64,000 nucleotides of DNA, from the NCBI GenBank assembly GCA_002633005.1, contig NMRA01000320.1, forward strand, positions 448,912-512,911, in the 5' to 3' direction. This document shows positions 36,830-49,700 of this stretch, in pieces. Under the pieces are notes generated by a model, which ran no database searches, was not told the DNA's origin, and was given only the letters and a program-made list of their open reading frames with translations. Numbering within the stretch: position 1 is the stretch's first letter; each line of letters starts with the position of its first letter. The position numbers and the translations under genes are program-made. This DNA comes from Phoronis australis (taxonomy: Eukaryota > Animalia > Phoronida).

Positions 36830-38065
36830 AATGTCAAAAAGCATTCTTTGATTTATCCGTAGAATCACCGATACTGTTGTGGGTGTGCTCTGAGACAGAA
36901 GAAACGACATCAAGAGGCACATGTACAGACGTCTTGACGTCACCTGGACGAATGCCCTCAATGATAAATGGCTTTGGTGCTACTTTGCAATATTGTTTTG
37001 CTTTTCTCGTCGTTCTAAGGAAAACAAAAATCATAGGCTACTGAGGAGACGATCTGCCGTACTCGAGGCGAGTATCACCAGCTTCCGCTGGTTTGTTTTT
37101 GAATTGAAGATTTGTGACTGCAATCCCATCCTTAATAGTTAGGGACACTTCAATAATCTTTGGCAAATGCAAAGTCGCAAACAAAATGTGGTGCCAGGTG
37201 GTGACAGTAGAAGATTTAATGTCATCCAGTAAAGTATCTTCACGCGTGTTGTGCAGACTATTGCATTGAACTTTTTCCTTGTCTTGCTCACCAGTTTCAG
37301 GTATACAAGTGGACTCTCAAAGATTTGCAGTATGAGAAGAAGTTGTATCTTGGGAAAACTTGGAGAAACTATGCAAATTTGCATTTTCTGGGCTTATACC
37401 TTCTACGCTACCTGATTTGCTTAACAGAGTCTCAGATGCAGAGCGTCGTGTGTCCTCAGTGCGTAAACATTTCCCCAATCGCAGAGGAAACTGTAGGCTC
37501 AGTCGAATCAGTGAAATCAGACAGTGTGACGTCTTCTAAGAGTCCACTTCCAACGCTTTTACTTTTGGATGTCAGGACTTTCTCCACACCATCAACAGCA
37601 TCAGCGAAAGCAGTGATGTCTGACCGTTGGATGACTTCTTGTCGAACATCGTCATGGTCGTGAGCTTTGTTTCAGTCTGTCGGCCAATTTCACTACTTCT
37701 CTCAATCTATCATCAGGATCACCAATCGTGTCTTGTCTACATCGGTCTTCTCTGGGACATTCTTGTTGACCTTCTCATCTTTCTCTGCGGAAATGGGGTA
37801 AACTTCCTCTGAACCTGTAGACGCAGTCGACTTAGTGGCGTCTTCTGAGTGGTGACGGTTTTGTTTTCGGGTTTCAGTAATTTCTTCTTACGATCAGCAT
37901 GGAACTCAGCAATCAGCGAAGTCCTGTAATTGGATTCGGGGTCGGTTGCACGACTTCCTGTCGAACATCGTCAACGTCGCCTGGTTTGTTTCTACCATCC
38001 AGTTTCGATTTTTCTCCCCCTCCATCACCAGGTTTACCACTTGGTTCTTTCTTTAAATTTGGCAT
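36830..38065 (-). pseudogene. Unidentified frameshifted coding-like relic with an internal repeated motif
   Basis: MPNLKKEPSGKPGDGGGEKSKLDGRNKPGDVDDVRQEVVQ..., and in a shifted frame AHDHDDVRQEVIQRSDITAFADAVDGVEKVLTSKSKSVGSGLLEDVTLSDFTDSTEPTVSS; interrupted by stops and frameshifts. Confidence 0.35.
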
Positions 38066-40532
38066 TTGATATTTTTTACTTAAAACTGTGTTTTTAGATT
38101 TTATGTTAATAAATGCATAGTTCGCCAACACCTTTTTCGTTTTTACAAATGATGAATGCTCCACAAAACTGAATTTGTGATAAAAAGTTGACGATGAATA
38201 GGCTTTTAAGAAGAAACTTTCCAAATAAACGCCCTACTTTTTGGACACTTGACAACAGAAGTTGTAACATCAAATAAACGTCCAAGAGCCTTTCACCAGG
38301 TGGGCTCATCTACGGAAAATCCACTCGTCTGAACTTGGTATTCTAACTGTTTAGTAATGCCTATACATGCGAAAAAATACAGCTACGTCTATTCTCACCT
38401 TAAGCAGTCGGAATGTTGGTTGTCTCTAGACCCATGGAAAAGATAATACGCGGTGGTACATGTAGTTGGTGCAATAGAGAGAATGAGACATATTTAAAAA
38501 CTATTTTATTATGACACAAACTTCTAACAAACTGCTAGTGGTAACAGCAGTTACGATTTGTGAGAAAATTACAAATGTTTCACACACTTACCAGACTTAC
38601 ATAAATTATATAAACTGAAAAACAATACTATTTCTTTGTTTAAGTAATAAACTACAGATAAGTCAAACATTTAATTTTGTTGTTAAAACAACAAAAATTC
38701 CAAATGGGAGAATCGAAACATGCACTTTGGTTTTATGCAGAGCATTTGCGTGGGAGGTGAGGAATAACAGTAGCCAATCAGATCCAAACAAGCAGTTAAA
38801 CAGTGACATCTTTTGATAAATTCTTTTTCATTTGAAGATTTAGTATCTTACACTTCACATCCAACCCTAAGACAGGCTTATACCTGTTGCCATTTAACTA
38901 AGAATTTGGTGCTGAGTAGAACACCCAAACATCACCTCCTTACTTTTAACTGCTAACACAAAAGATTTGGCAAAAATAACACCTGCTAAAAAGAAAAAAT
39001 ACCAGCTGTTCTAAAGACAATTTGATGAAGGCAAACAGTCAACTGATGGATCCCGATTCTTACAGAAACTATATTACTGAAATATCATAGTTCCACACTT
39101 ATGGTTTAGTATTTCAGTATCCCAAAAGATTTAACTTAAAATGGCATGAAAACATGGACTGAGACTTAATGTACAATGTTGAAACCTTGTGAGCATTTGA
39201 CTATGTTTGATTTTAAAGCAGACACAGAAACAGGAAGGCGAGAGCAAAATGTGAAAGTTGAACGAGAAAAAGAACCATGTTGTGGGAACAGTCAGTGTAC
39301 CTTACATATAACAGGGAGTGAGAGGGCGCTGCTGCAGTGGGATACATGCACAGAGGAATGACTGCTCACGGGGAAATAACGACTCTCATTGCCACCAGGC
39401 AAAGACATCGTGCCGGGGTAGGTCTTAACCATTCACAGGAGCTAGGTCATCATAACTGCCACAAGCAGGACCTTAAGTAATGGTTTATGTTACCTAAAGA
39501 GGGGTTCAACAGCCTAGTGAATGATATAGCAAAGACATAATTAAAACTTGGTGTATTAGGGCATACCTGAAATACTTCGCACTGAAACTTTGCTGTAGGA
39601 CTATAAGATTGATGGGTCCCACTGGACCAGCCATCGTATCCTCATGAAATGTTCCCCCACTCCATACCACTCCTCTAGGCAGCAGACATAACATGTTTGC
39701 TTTACCAATTTTGTAATTGTCATCCTCTAAGAAATTCTAATTTTTAGAAGATACAGAGAGTGTCAGGACCAAAGAAATTCACTTCAAAATAAAATACATC
39801 AGGTTTACTGTAGAGAGAGTAGAGTGTAACCACACAAGCATTCAACAAACTCTATCAACCAGTAAAGAAAATAGTGTAAAAACAAGAATTTTAACTCATT
39901 GAGGTAAAAATGTTCTTGTCGTCATCCTCATCCTTTCTTCATTGTTGCATGATGGCCCTGAACATGAATTTAAATGCAGATATATTTAGATTTGCTATAA
40001 GCATTTCAAACATCTAAACTTAGCATGAAATGTTTTCAATAACAAGACGAAAAATAGACACTACATCACGCTGGTTTATCATCGCCCTCTGAGATGTCAC
40101 CACTTTTACACGCTTTAGCAGGTCAAGTAGACACTGCTGATCCTACCTGGGTCAGAGATATGTATATTCACAGACCAGAATCTTGCTTGGATAACAAAAT
40201 TGTACAAAACTTAATGTTTTAATATTCATAGTACTTTCAACGTCAAAGTAAAATATCTATTTCATCAAATGGAAGTATTTGTTGTGAATAATAACATGTC
40301 ATAACAATTGTCACATTGATAACGTACATGTTACAAAAGTATACTCGGCTTATTTACATTAACTACAGAACAGCTCCTCAGCAATTTCTTACGAACTAGT
40401 CTTAGGATGCTTCCAAAATACTTTGCACACAAATTTATATCCTTTGTTCAAAACAAAAGAAAATGTGTGAAACAGTAGTCGGGATGAAGCACCAACCCGT
40501 TCCCACCCTCCACCCACTCTTATTACATAACA

Positions 40533-40734
40533 CTAAACAGCGTACAATCTATGATGGTATATGTAGCTGCCAATCACAACGGCTAGACTGATTCCTCCTA
40601 CAATCAAATATTTCGTCCAAGGTGACCGGTTGCGGGCCTGTTCCGATTCTTTCTGTTTCTGCTTCATTCGGGCGATTTGGTCGGCTGTCGTTTTCTTGCG
40701 CTCTTCTCGTTTTCGCCGCCTGATTTCAGAGCTG
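40533..40734 (-). CDS. PTPN1: PTP1B/TC-PTP last coding exon (tail-anchor isoform)
   Basis: [65 protein letters not shown]. Confidence 0.85.
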
Positions 40735-43700
40735 CTATAACGGACAAAATGTAAAGTGTGATGTCAAAAGTGACAAATGTAGTACGCACCTATAAATGAG
40801 CAAGCGAGAGATTTGCTGTTGTCAGGTGACGCAATAATCAATTTTCCTTGGCTGCTGAAGGTAATCGAATAAGCACTAAGCTCACTCCACCCGCGTGCTG
40901 CGAGGAATTACAATTGCCATGTAAAAGAAATTGGACAAGTGAGACACTTCCTTCACTGCCTCCTGAGGAAAAATCCTCAAATTTATTTTGTCAGACGTGA
41001 GCTGAGCTCATTTGTATTCAAGGTGCATGGCCCTCGTCTGCGCTAGCCTTCACGGAACGGAAACAGTATATTCTGTCTCACAGGTCATCATTCCAATCTC
41101 CCTGATTACTCATTTCAGAAGTCAACACTAGGGGGCACTTATGAGGTCCAGAGCTTACTCACACAATGCTTGCCTCTCACTCGTGTGATTTTGCGTGGTC
41201 TTGTGTGATCTTGCATTTTGGTAAGTTTCAAAATACGATAAAAATTTATTAACTTTTATTGTTGACTGATTGGCTGTTTCATAAACAGAACAAAAGCAAA
41301 AACATAACCTCATTCTAAGTCTTACAATAATTTAAGTACAATAAATAATGTCAGTAACGCCAATAATTAAACAAAAAATTGAAGAACTTATGCTAGTGGA
41401 AGTGCTGACACTCACGGTTGTGTAGTTTGTATTTCCGAGTCACTGCTGCTCACTGTTGAGTTTGTATTGGCATTGGCAGAACCGTTCTCCTCGGGGGATT
41501 TCTGTCTGCGCCTTGGAGGGAGTGGGGGCGGCACGTCATCTCCAGCACTTCCATGCCTGAGGGGTTTGGGAGGAGCCTCTTCAGTTAGAGCCTGAAGCAG
41601 GAATACAGTACGCCCAATGATTTATGCTAAAACACCACACCCTGCCTTCTGCAGAAACAATTTATTTCTCCCGGATTATCACAAATTTCCAAAAAAGGTG
41701 CACTCTTGGATAAGGTGGCCACGAATGCCGTCAAATAAGGCCAAAGAAACCGCCAGAAACATATTTTAGATTTCATAAAAGTACAGCTCATTTGAGAGAA
41801 AGCATTATAACTAGAGCAACGTGCAGCGTTGAAATGCGCCCACAAATGCACCGCAAACGGAGTGATTCTAGGGTTGTTAATGTTTCATAAAAATAGCCAC
41901 TAGATGGCGAAAAAATGTTCAATTGATCTGAAAATAAGAACATGCCATCGCTTCTTTAACAGAAAAATATTTACCAAATTTCATAAAAATCTGTCAAGAA
42001 ACTTCAGAGAAAAAAGGAAAACAGAAAAAAATGAAATTGCCAATATGGGGCACAGCATTCATTGGATCCGCCTGAAAGACGTCGTCGTCTGTAGTTAGCT
42101 TCATATAAATACAATTACTAAATTTAATAAAGATCCTGCAGTGAGTTTAGGAGATGCAGCTATGGCCCCAAAACAAAACAAAACTACCACTAGGAGGCGC
42201 CACAGTAGTCAAATTCATTATCGTCAACCGTCCTCTTCACACTGAGAACATATACGCCAATTTTCAAAATCATCCTTAGAATAGTTTGGTTGATCGAGAG
42301 GTGGACGCCAAAAGACAAGACTCGAAAAACAGGAAAAATGGCCACTAGGTGGCGCAAAGTACCTCGATTTCATCCCGAAGCAGGAGGATAGTATCATCTC
42401 ACCAATAAATGCCTTATTCCAAACTTTCTGATAATCTGTTGAAAACCTTCGAAGATACAGAGATAAACCTAAAAATGAAAATTGCCACTAGGGGGCACAC
42501 TGGTAATCAGATCTGTCCGAAAGTTGTTGTCATCTGTTGTCAACATCATATAAATACACTTGTCAAATTTAGCAAAGATGTTGCAAACGGTTTAGGAGAT
42601 ACAGCCATGGGTGCAATAAAACAAAACTGCAACTAGGAGACGCCACAGTAGTCAAAATCATCAGAAAATCATTATCAGCTTCGTAGTAAGAACATACATG
42701 CCAATATTTTCACAATCATCCTTAGAGTGGTTTGGTTGATAGAGGGTGGATGCCAAAAAACAGACTAAAATACAGTAAAAATGGCCACTAGGTGGCGCAA
42801 ACTACGTCAAATCCATCCGATAATAGGAGGATAGCGCCATCTCACTAATAGATGCCTATATTCCAAATTTTATGAAAATACTTTGACAACCTTTGAAGAT
42901 ACAGAGGTAAATGTAAAAAAATAAAATTGACACTAGGGGGCACACCGGTAGTCGGATCCGTCCGAAAGTTGTCATCATCTATTGTTAACACCATATACAA
43001 TTGCTGAATTTAGTAAAGATCCTGCCAACGGTTTAGGAGATACAGCCATGGGCGCAAAAAAACAAAACTGTCACTAGGAGGTGCCACAGTAGTCAAAATC
43101 GTCGGAAAATCATTGTCAACGTCCTCTTCATAGTAAGAATATACATGCCAATTTCCACAATCATCCTTCCAGCGGTTTGGTTGATAGAGAGGTGGATGCC
43201 AAAAAACAGCAAAAATGGCCACTAGGTGGTGTAAACTACATTGAATCCAACCGAAAACGGGAGGATAGCGTCATCTCACTAATAGATGCCTATATACCAA
43301 ATTATATGAAAATACATTGAGGACCTTTGAAGATATAGAGGCAAGTGTAAAAAAATAAAACTGCCACTATGGGGCACAACGGCAGTCGGATCCATCCCAA
43401 AGTTCACTCATGCCGTCCCATCCATAATAGGAGCATATGCGCAAAATTTCATGAACGTACGTCAAAGGATTTTGGAGAAAGAGCAGCGGACGCTGGACAG
43501 ACGGACGGACAGAGATGACGGCATAATGCGCATAATAATGGTTGATTAGCCATTTGGCTTTTAAATTACAATTAAAAGTATCCATACAGATGCGTAACAT
43601 TATATGAAATCATCCATGAACATGGTTTTGCATGCACATTCTCAATTCTGACATCTCTCAGTCTCCTGCATTGTCTATAGTTTAAAGTAGGGTTGTGTCA

Positions 43701-46700
43701 CACATCAATAGCAAAGTGTTGTGCATGGTTCAGTAAACAGAAATCGTTACAATGTAAAAACGCAGCTACCTACATTTTTGATGTATAGAAACTACATATT
43801 CTTATTTAGTTCCAAAAAAACACCTTAGGTTATATTAGTAGCAATCTTCAATAACAAACTTGATCAGAACTTCTAAAAAACAGAAAACTGGACTTTTAAC
43901 CCACCAAATGGTTCAAGGTGCCAGCTGTCATCCTGTGAGCTCCCTCGATGATGGCCAGGTAGGAGAAACGCAACTGATCGGCCGTCTGGATCAGACCCAT
44001 TCTGTACTTCCTCATCTCAATCAGGATCTCTCTAATGTTGACACTGTTCACATCTTGTGTTTGTTCAATCTAAGTTAAATTCCATGGCAACGATAATCAG
44101 TCATAANAAAACAGGAAAAATGGCCACAAGGTGGCGCAAAGTACCTCAATTCCATCCGAAAGCAGGAGGATAGCATCATCTCACCAATAAATGCCTTATT
44201 CCAAACTTTCTGATAATCTGTTGAGGACCTTTGAAGATACGGAGGTAAGCCTAAAAATGAAAATTGCCACTAGGGGGCACACTGGTAATTAGATCCGTTC
44301 GAAAGTTATTGTCATCTGTTGTCAACATCATATAAATACACTTGCTAAATTTAGCAAAGATGTTGCAAACGGTTTAGAAGATACAGCCATGGGCGCAATA
44401 AAACAAAACTGCAACCAGGAGACGCCACAGGAGTCAAAATCTTCAGAAAATCATCATCAGCTTCGTAGTAAGAACATACATGCCAATATGTTCACAATCA
44501 TCCTTAGAGCGGTTTGGTTGATAGAGGGTGGACGACAAAAAACAGACCAAAAACAGTAAAAATGGCCACTAGGTGGCGCAAACTACGTCAAATTCATCCG
44601 ATAATAGGAGGATAGCGCCATCTCACTAATAGATGCCTATATTCCAAATTTTATGAAAATACTTTGACAACCTTTGAAGATACAGAGGTAAACGTAAAAA
44701 AATAAAATTGACACTAGGGGGTACACCGGTAGTCAGATCCTTCCGAAAGTTGTCATCATCTATTGTCAACACCATATAAATACAATTGCTGAATTTAGTA
44801 AAGATCCTGCCAACGGTTTAGGAGATACAGCCATGGGCGCAAAAAAAAACAAAACTGCCACTAGGAGGCGCCACAGTAGTCAAAATCGTCAGAAAATCAT
44901 TGTCAACGTCCTCTTCATAGTAAGAATATACATGCCAATTTCCACAATCATCATTCCAGCGGTTTGGTTGATAGAGAGGTGGACGCCAAAAAACAGCAAA
45001 AATGGCCACTAGGTGGCGTAAACTACATTGAATCCAACCGAAAACGGGAGGATAGCGTCATCTCACTAATAGATGCCTATATACCAAATTATATGAAAAT
45101 ACGTTGAGGACCTTTGAAGATATAGAGGCAAGCGTAAAAAAATAAAACTGCCACTATGGGGCACAACGGTAGTCGGATCCGTCCCAAAGTTCACTCATGC
45201 CGTCCAATCCATAATAGGAGCATACGCGCAAAATTTCATGAACGTACATCAAAGGATTTTGGAGAAAGAGCAGTGGACGCCGGACAGACGGACGGACAGA
45301 GATGACGGCATAATGCGCATAATAATGGTTGATTAGCCATTTGGCTTTTAAATTACAATTAAAAGTATCCATACAGATGCGTAACATTATATGAAATGAT
45401 CCATGAACATGGTTTTGCATGCACATTCTCAATTCCGACATCTCTCAGTCTCCTGCATTGTCTATATTTTAAATAGGGTTGTGTCACACATCAATAGCAA
45501 AGTGTTGTGCATGGTCCAGTAAACAGAAATCGTTACAATGTAAAAACGCAGCTACCTACATTTTTGATGTATAGAAACTACATATTCTTATTTAGTTCCA
45601 AAAAACATCTTAGGTTATTTTAGTAGCAATCTTCAATAACAAACTTGATCAGAACTTCTAAAAAACAGAAAACTGGACTTTTAACCCACCAAATCGTTCA
45701 AGGTGCCAGCTGTCATCCTGTGAGCTCCCTCGATGATGGCCAGGTAGGAGAAACGCAACTGATCGGCCGTCTGGATCAGACCCATTCTGTACTTCCTCAT
45801 CTCAATCAGGATCTCTCTAATGTTGACACTGTTCACATCTTGTGTTTGTTCAATCTAAATTAAATTCCATGGCAACGATAATCAGTCATAAGCACTCAAC
45901 AAAAACAAAAACATTCAATTGAATTAACCTTGTTATTGCTTGCATCACAACCTTTTGTCTAGACTGACGCCACCTGTTGGCCACATCACGTGACCTAATG
46001 AACATGATGTGACCAACACCTGGCATGCAGACCTGACTTCAAAATGTGATCTATATTTCCATACCAGTTCAAGATTTACATGATTGTGCATAAACCTTTT
46101 GAATGTTTGAAAATTAATTTATTATTGTCACAATAAGAAAGTCTGTTTCGGCCAACAAAGAACTGGCTGTGGAAAATGAGGATAAATTATTAAAAATTAT
46201 AATATTGCGCCAAGGACAGTGAACAGTAGGTGTTAGAACCTCTCGACAGAACAGTGGCCCAGAGACAAGTATCAGTGTTTCCTCTGTGCACTGCCTATGT
46301 GCACTGTCTTAGGGCCCTCTTGGAAAGCAGTGCTATCACTGAAGAGGCCACCCTCATTTTAAATATCAAAAAAAAGCTGAGAAACACAGCAGCATGCACT
46401 GACATATAATGAGGTTGTAAGTTGGAAAATAACATTCCAACATTAAAAAATGTCATTCAATTCCCAAAGTTTTCTTAATTAATCAGCGTATGAGTTGAAT
46501 TTGGAATTGTGTAAGATTTTTGAAAAAAATGAGCAGAATCAAACAAGGCTAACATTGTTTGGTCGATTCTATAGACACGTCACGTGACCTCTATCATATT
46601 TCCACTTCAAACTTTTGCTTACAATTATAAGACAAGAGTCGACTAAACAGAAGGTTCCAGATCGTCCAATCCCGGCACTGCAATGAATAACTGCAGGACC

Positions 46701-49700
46701 GACATCAGCCTCCAGGGCACCAGACTGCCTAACAGCAACGAGAAAATTGAGAAATGCTGCCGGAGACTGTGGTACTCCGAAGTCCGGCCACGTTGTGTAG
46801 TGAAAGTGTAGGATTTCACGTGAAGCACCAGTCTAAAAAAGAGTGGAAATGTCTGGAGATGACACCTGTCCTAGTTAATTCAGGGTAGGTACAGATTGCT
46901 ATTATAATTTATATGTTGCTGGTATTATCGAACAATGCACTTGTCATTACAAGACTAAACAACAGTATACTGCAGATATTGCTCAACAAAACTATACTAT
47001 ACTGCAGACATTGCTCAACAAAACTATACTATACTACAGATATTGAACAACAAACACTATACTATACTGCAGATATTGCTCAACAAAATTAAAGACCAAA
47101 CAAAAACAGAATGTAAACATTTTCAACTAAAAAGCAATAAGCTGTTTGTACTTTTCTCAAAATCCCGACGAAGCATGGAAGTTAAACTTTTGCTGCTCAC
47201 TTGACTATCTTCAGAGCATCAATATTCATTCAGCGCCAGTCTAAGTACAGCTGACTCGACTTAGACATCCAAACCATGAACTCACCGACAAATCGTCCAA
47301 CTGTACCACCTTGACTGTGTAATAGGAGAAGTTTCGCTCACTGAGGTAGGACACTCTCATCTTGACATCCTCGAATGTCATCTCATCATGGCCGCCACTA
47401 GCAGAGCCAATGGGGAAGTACTGACTGCATTTAATCTAAAAATGTATTTCACAATCAGGTGACGCATAAAGTAAACAATGGGCCCAAGTTTGAAATTCAG
47501 TTCAGAAATGTCATGCCTTATCCAGGGAGAACGACAAGTGTAAACGAAACCCCCAATAGTAGTAGTAATTGGCTTCAACCACTACAATTTTGTGTCTAAA
47601 TGATTTGGAAATCTTACAAAATACTTGATGTCCTCACCATGCCGTAGCAACAATAAGGTGCTCAAGGTACACTGATAGCAAATTCCATAGCTGGACATAG
47701 CGTGGATGTTAACATGTGCCCACTAGTTTTCCACACCTTTCAGAATATAAAACAACATTTAGTGTTTGGCCAAATTAGAAGTAAGTGTAAAACAAAAGGC
47801 GGCGCCACCAGAGTGCAGCATGAATGATGTTTCTAAATTAGGCAAAGGTCACACTCAGGTAAAATAGAACAGAATGTAATAGGCAAGCACAATCTTAACA
47901 CTATTTAGTCCCAAGGTAAGCACTCACCACAGATTTAGATGGGGAAGTGCACTAAAATTTTATATGTCTACCCTATCACAGTTGCTTCCATGACAACACT
48001 CATCTTGACTTTACCAGCAAAATATTACCTTACCACACATTTTCGGAGATTTTTACACTAGCATAGTCGTTACTAGACCCAAAATGATCACTCACCCAAG
48101 GAACTTCGAAATAACTTTATACAGCATCACATCCCTGTGTACCCAGCCAATCAGAGTAACCCTGGTAGTTATTAAACTCCACCACAAATTCAGTCCCACA
48201 CTAAACACTGAAGCATGAACTATGAATTCCAACTTACCGTCCCTTTTTCAATGACCCTGTTGAGCATAATAACAGCTCTACTATTCTGTTCCCAAATCAT
48301 CTGCCAGAAGTGTCCCATGGTGGCTGGCAGAGGGCCCTGTTAAAACAACACCAACACAATCTGTGAACCACGCCACATTTCAACCTGATGCTTTTTTATG
48401 ACACCAACTGAAGCATATCAAACCAAATACTTTAATGAACATAATGCTTTGAGAGTGACATTTCATCAGCTTTAGTTCTGCGCCTTCTGTTGTCACGGGG
48501 ATGGTCTGGGGAGGGGATTAATGCACCAGCATATCCCCAATGATCCTGTCCGTGACAGGTATTACAGGTATTACAGGTATTACAGCTTTAGGTTGAAATT
48601 CTGGTCAAGACACAAATCTGTTCGAGCATAAAGACAATAGTATTTAAGTTGTAAAACACAGCCAACAGATGGCGGGTTGACCAGATAAATAAAGGCAGTT
48701 CAACAACAGCTGTTTTAACTGTAATTGCATTATTGTGCAACTAAAGAAACTTTCTGTGGCTCTCATTCCCATATCGTATTACCGTACAATAGTCAGGGTA
48801 AGAAAAGCAAGAGAACTGACAGCATTAAGTGTCACCAAATAAGAAGTGTTTATCTGGATTGCAATATTTGCACAAGAGTGCGGATATCAAGCAAGCACCT
48901 GCGTTAGGATGTACTTCCGGTTGGCCTCTACAGACTCCACCAAGCTGGCATTGATGTAATCATTGTCACCTCTGACTAATTTGATGCGACTATGGTCATC
49001 TGAAAAATAGACTTCTCAGATAAGTTCAAGGGTTGACATCTCAGAAATAGAGTGCATGCCGTAAGTAATCCAACCAACAGGCCCGTTATTCCCAATCATG
49101 ACAGACGGACAGAAAACGTCAAAATAATTTGCAGTTAGAGTTTGATGTTTAGGTGCCAACATAAGATAATTCTCACTATATTCTAACTTTCCCAAAAAAA
49201 ATGTGAAACAGTCTGGGTTGCGCCAAGACATAAAACTTTGGTCAAAAGTATGATTGGAAAAGTGGAATGCAATGGCTGATTTTCGAAATAGCCCCGCCAT
49301 ATTGAAATTCACTATCCCGCCAGACGGCAATCCGGTCTTTGGTGGACAGGAGTTCAGCGCCACCTACAGATTCCATGTAGTGCGAATGGGAGGTTTCAAC
49401 CTACTGGCACAAACAGCGTTTTAACACCTTTTTGCCGCTATCATAATGCTGGCAAATTTCCATTCTTGTGCATGGGGGTGTACCAATGCCTTACAAAAAA
49501 GCAAACCTCTTGAAATATCAATGGAAGGCCATCATGTTCCATATATTTCCCACTGTGAAGATCAAACAGTGGCACAGCCAGTGGCTGCCATTTATAAAGT
49601 GAGAGAATTTTGATTCCAAAATGTAAACTAAATTAGTAAACTTAACCTAATTAAATGATGGCAGGGACTGAGAGTGGGATTTATTCCCGTTTTCAAATTA

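Noticed and set aside
37325-37812. Plus-strand 112-aa and 61-aa ORFs
   Set aside because: Ser/Val/Leu-rich antisense shadows of the minus-strand coding-like relic.
43010-45441. Duplicated minus-strand ORFs (MAIFAVFW..., MLRICMDTF...)
   Set aside because: Chance frames within and beside the Helentron-like repeat, duplicated by the assembly join.
17708-45891. Dscam-like mutually exclusive exon system from three duplicated exons
   Set aside because: Each duplication junction is exactly one n next to or within a tandem repeat, and intron and exon sequence are both near-identical between copies. This is the signature of haplotype overlap in a scaffold, not evolved alternative exons.
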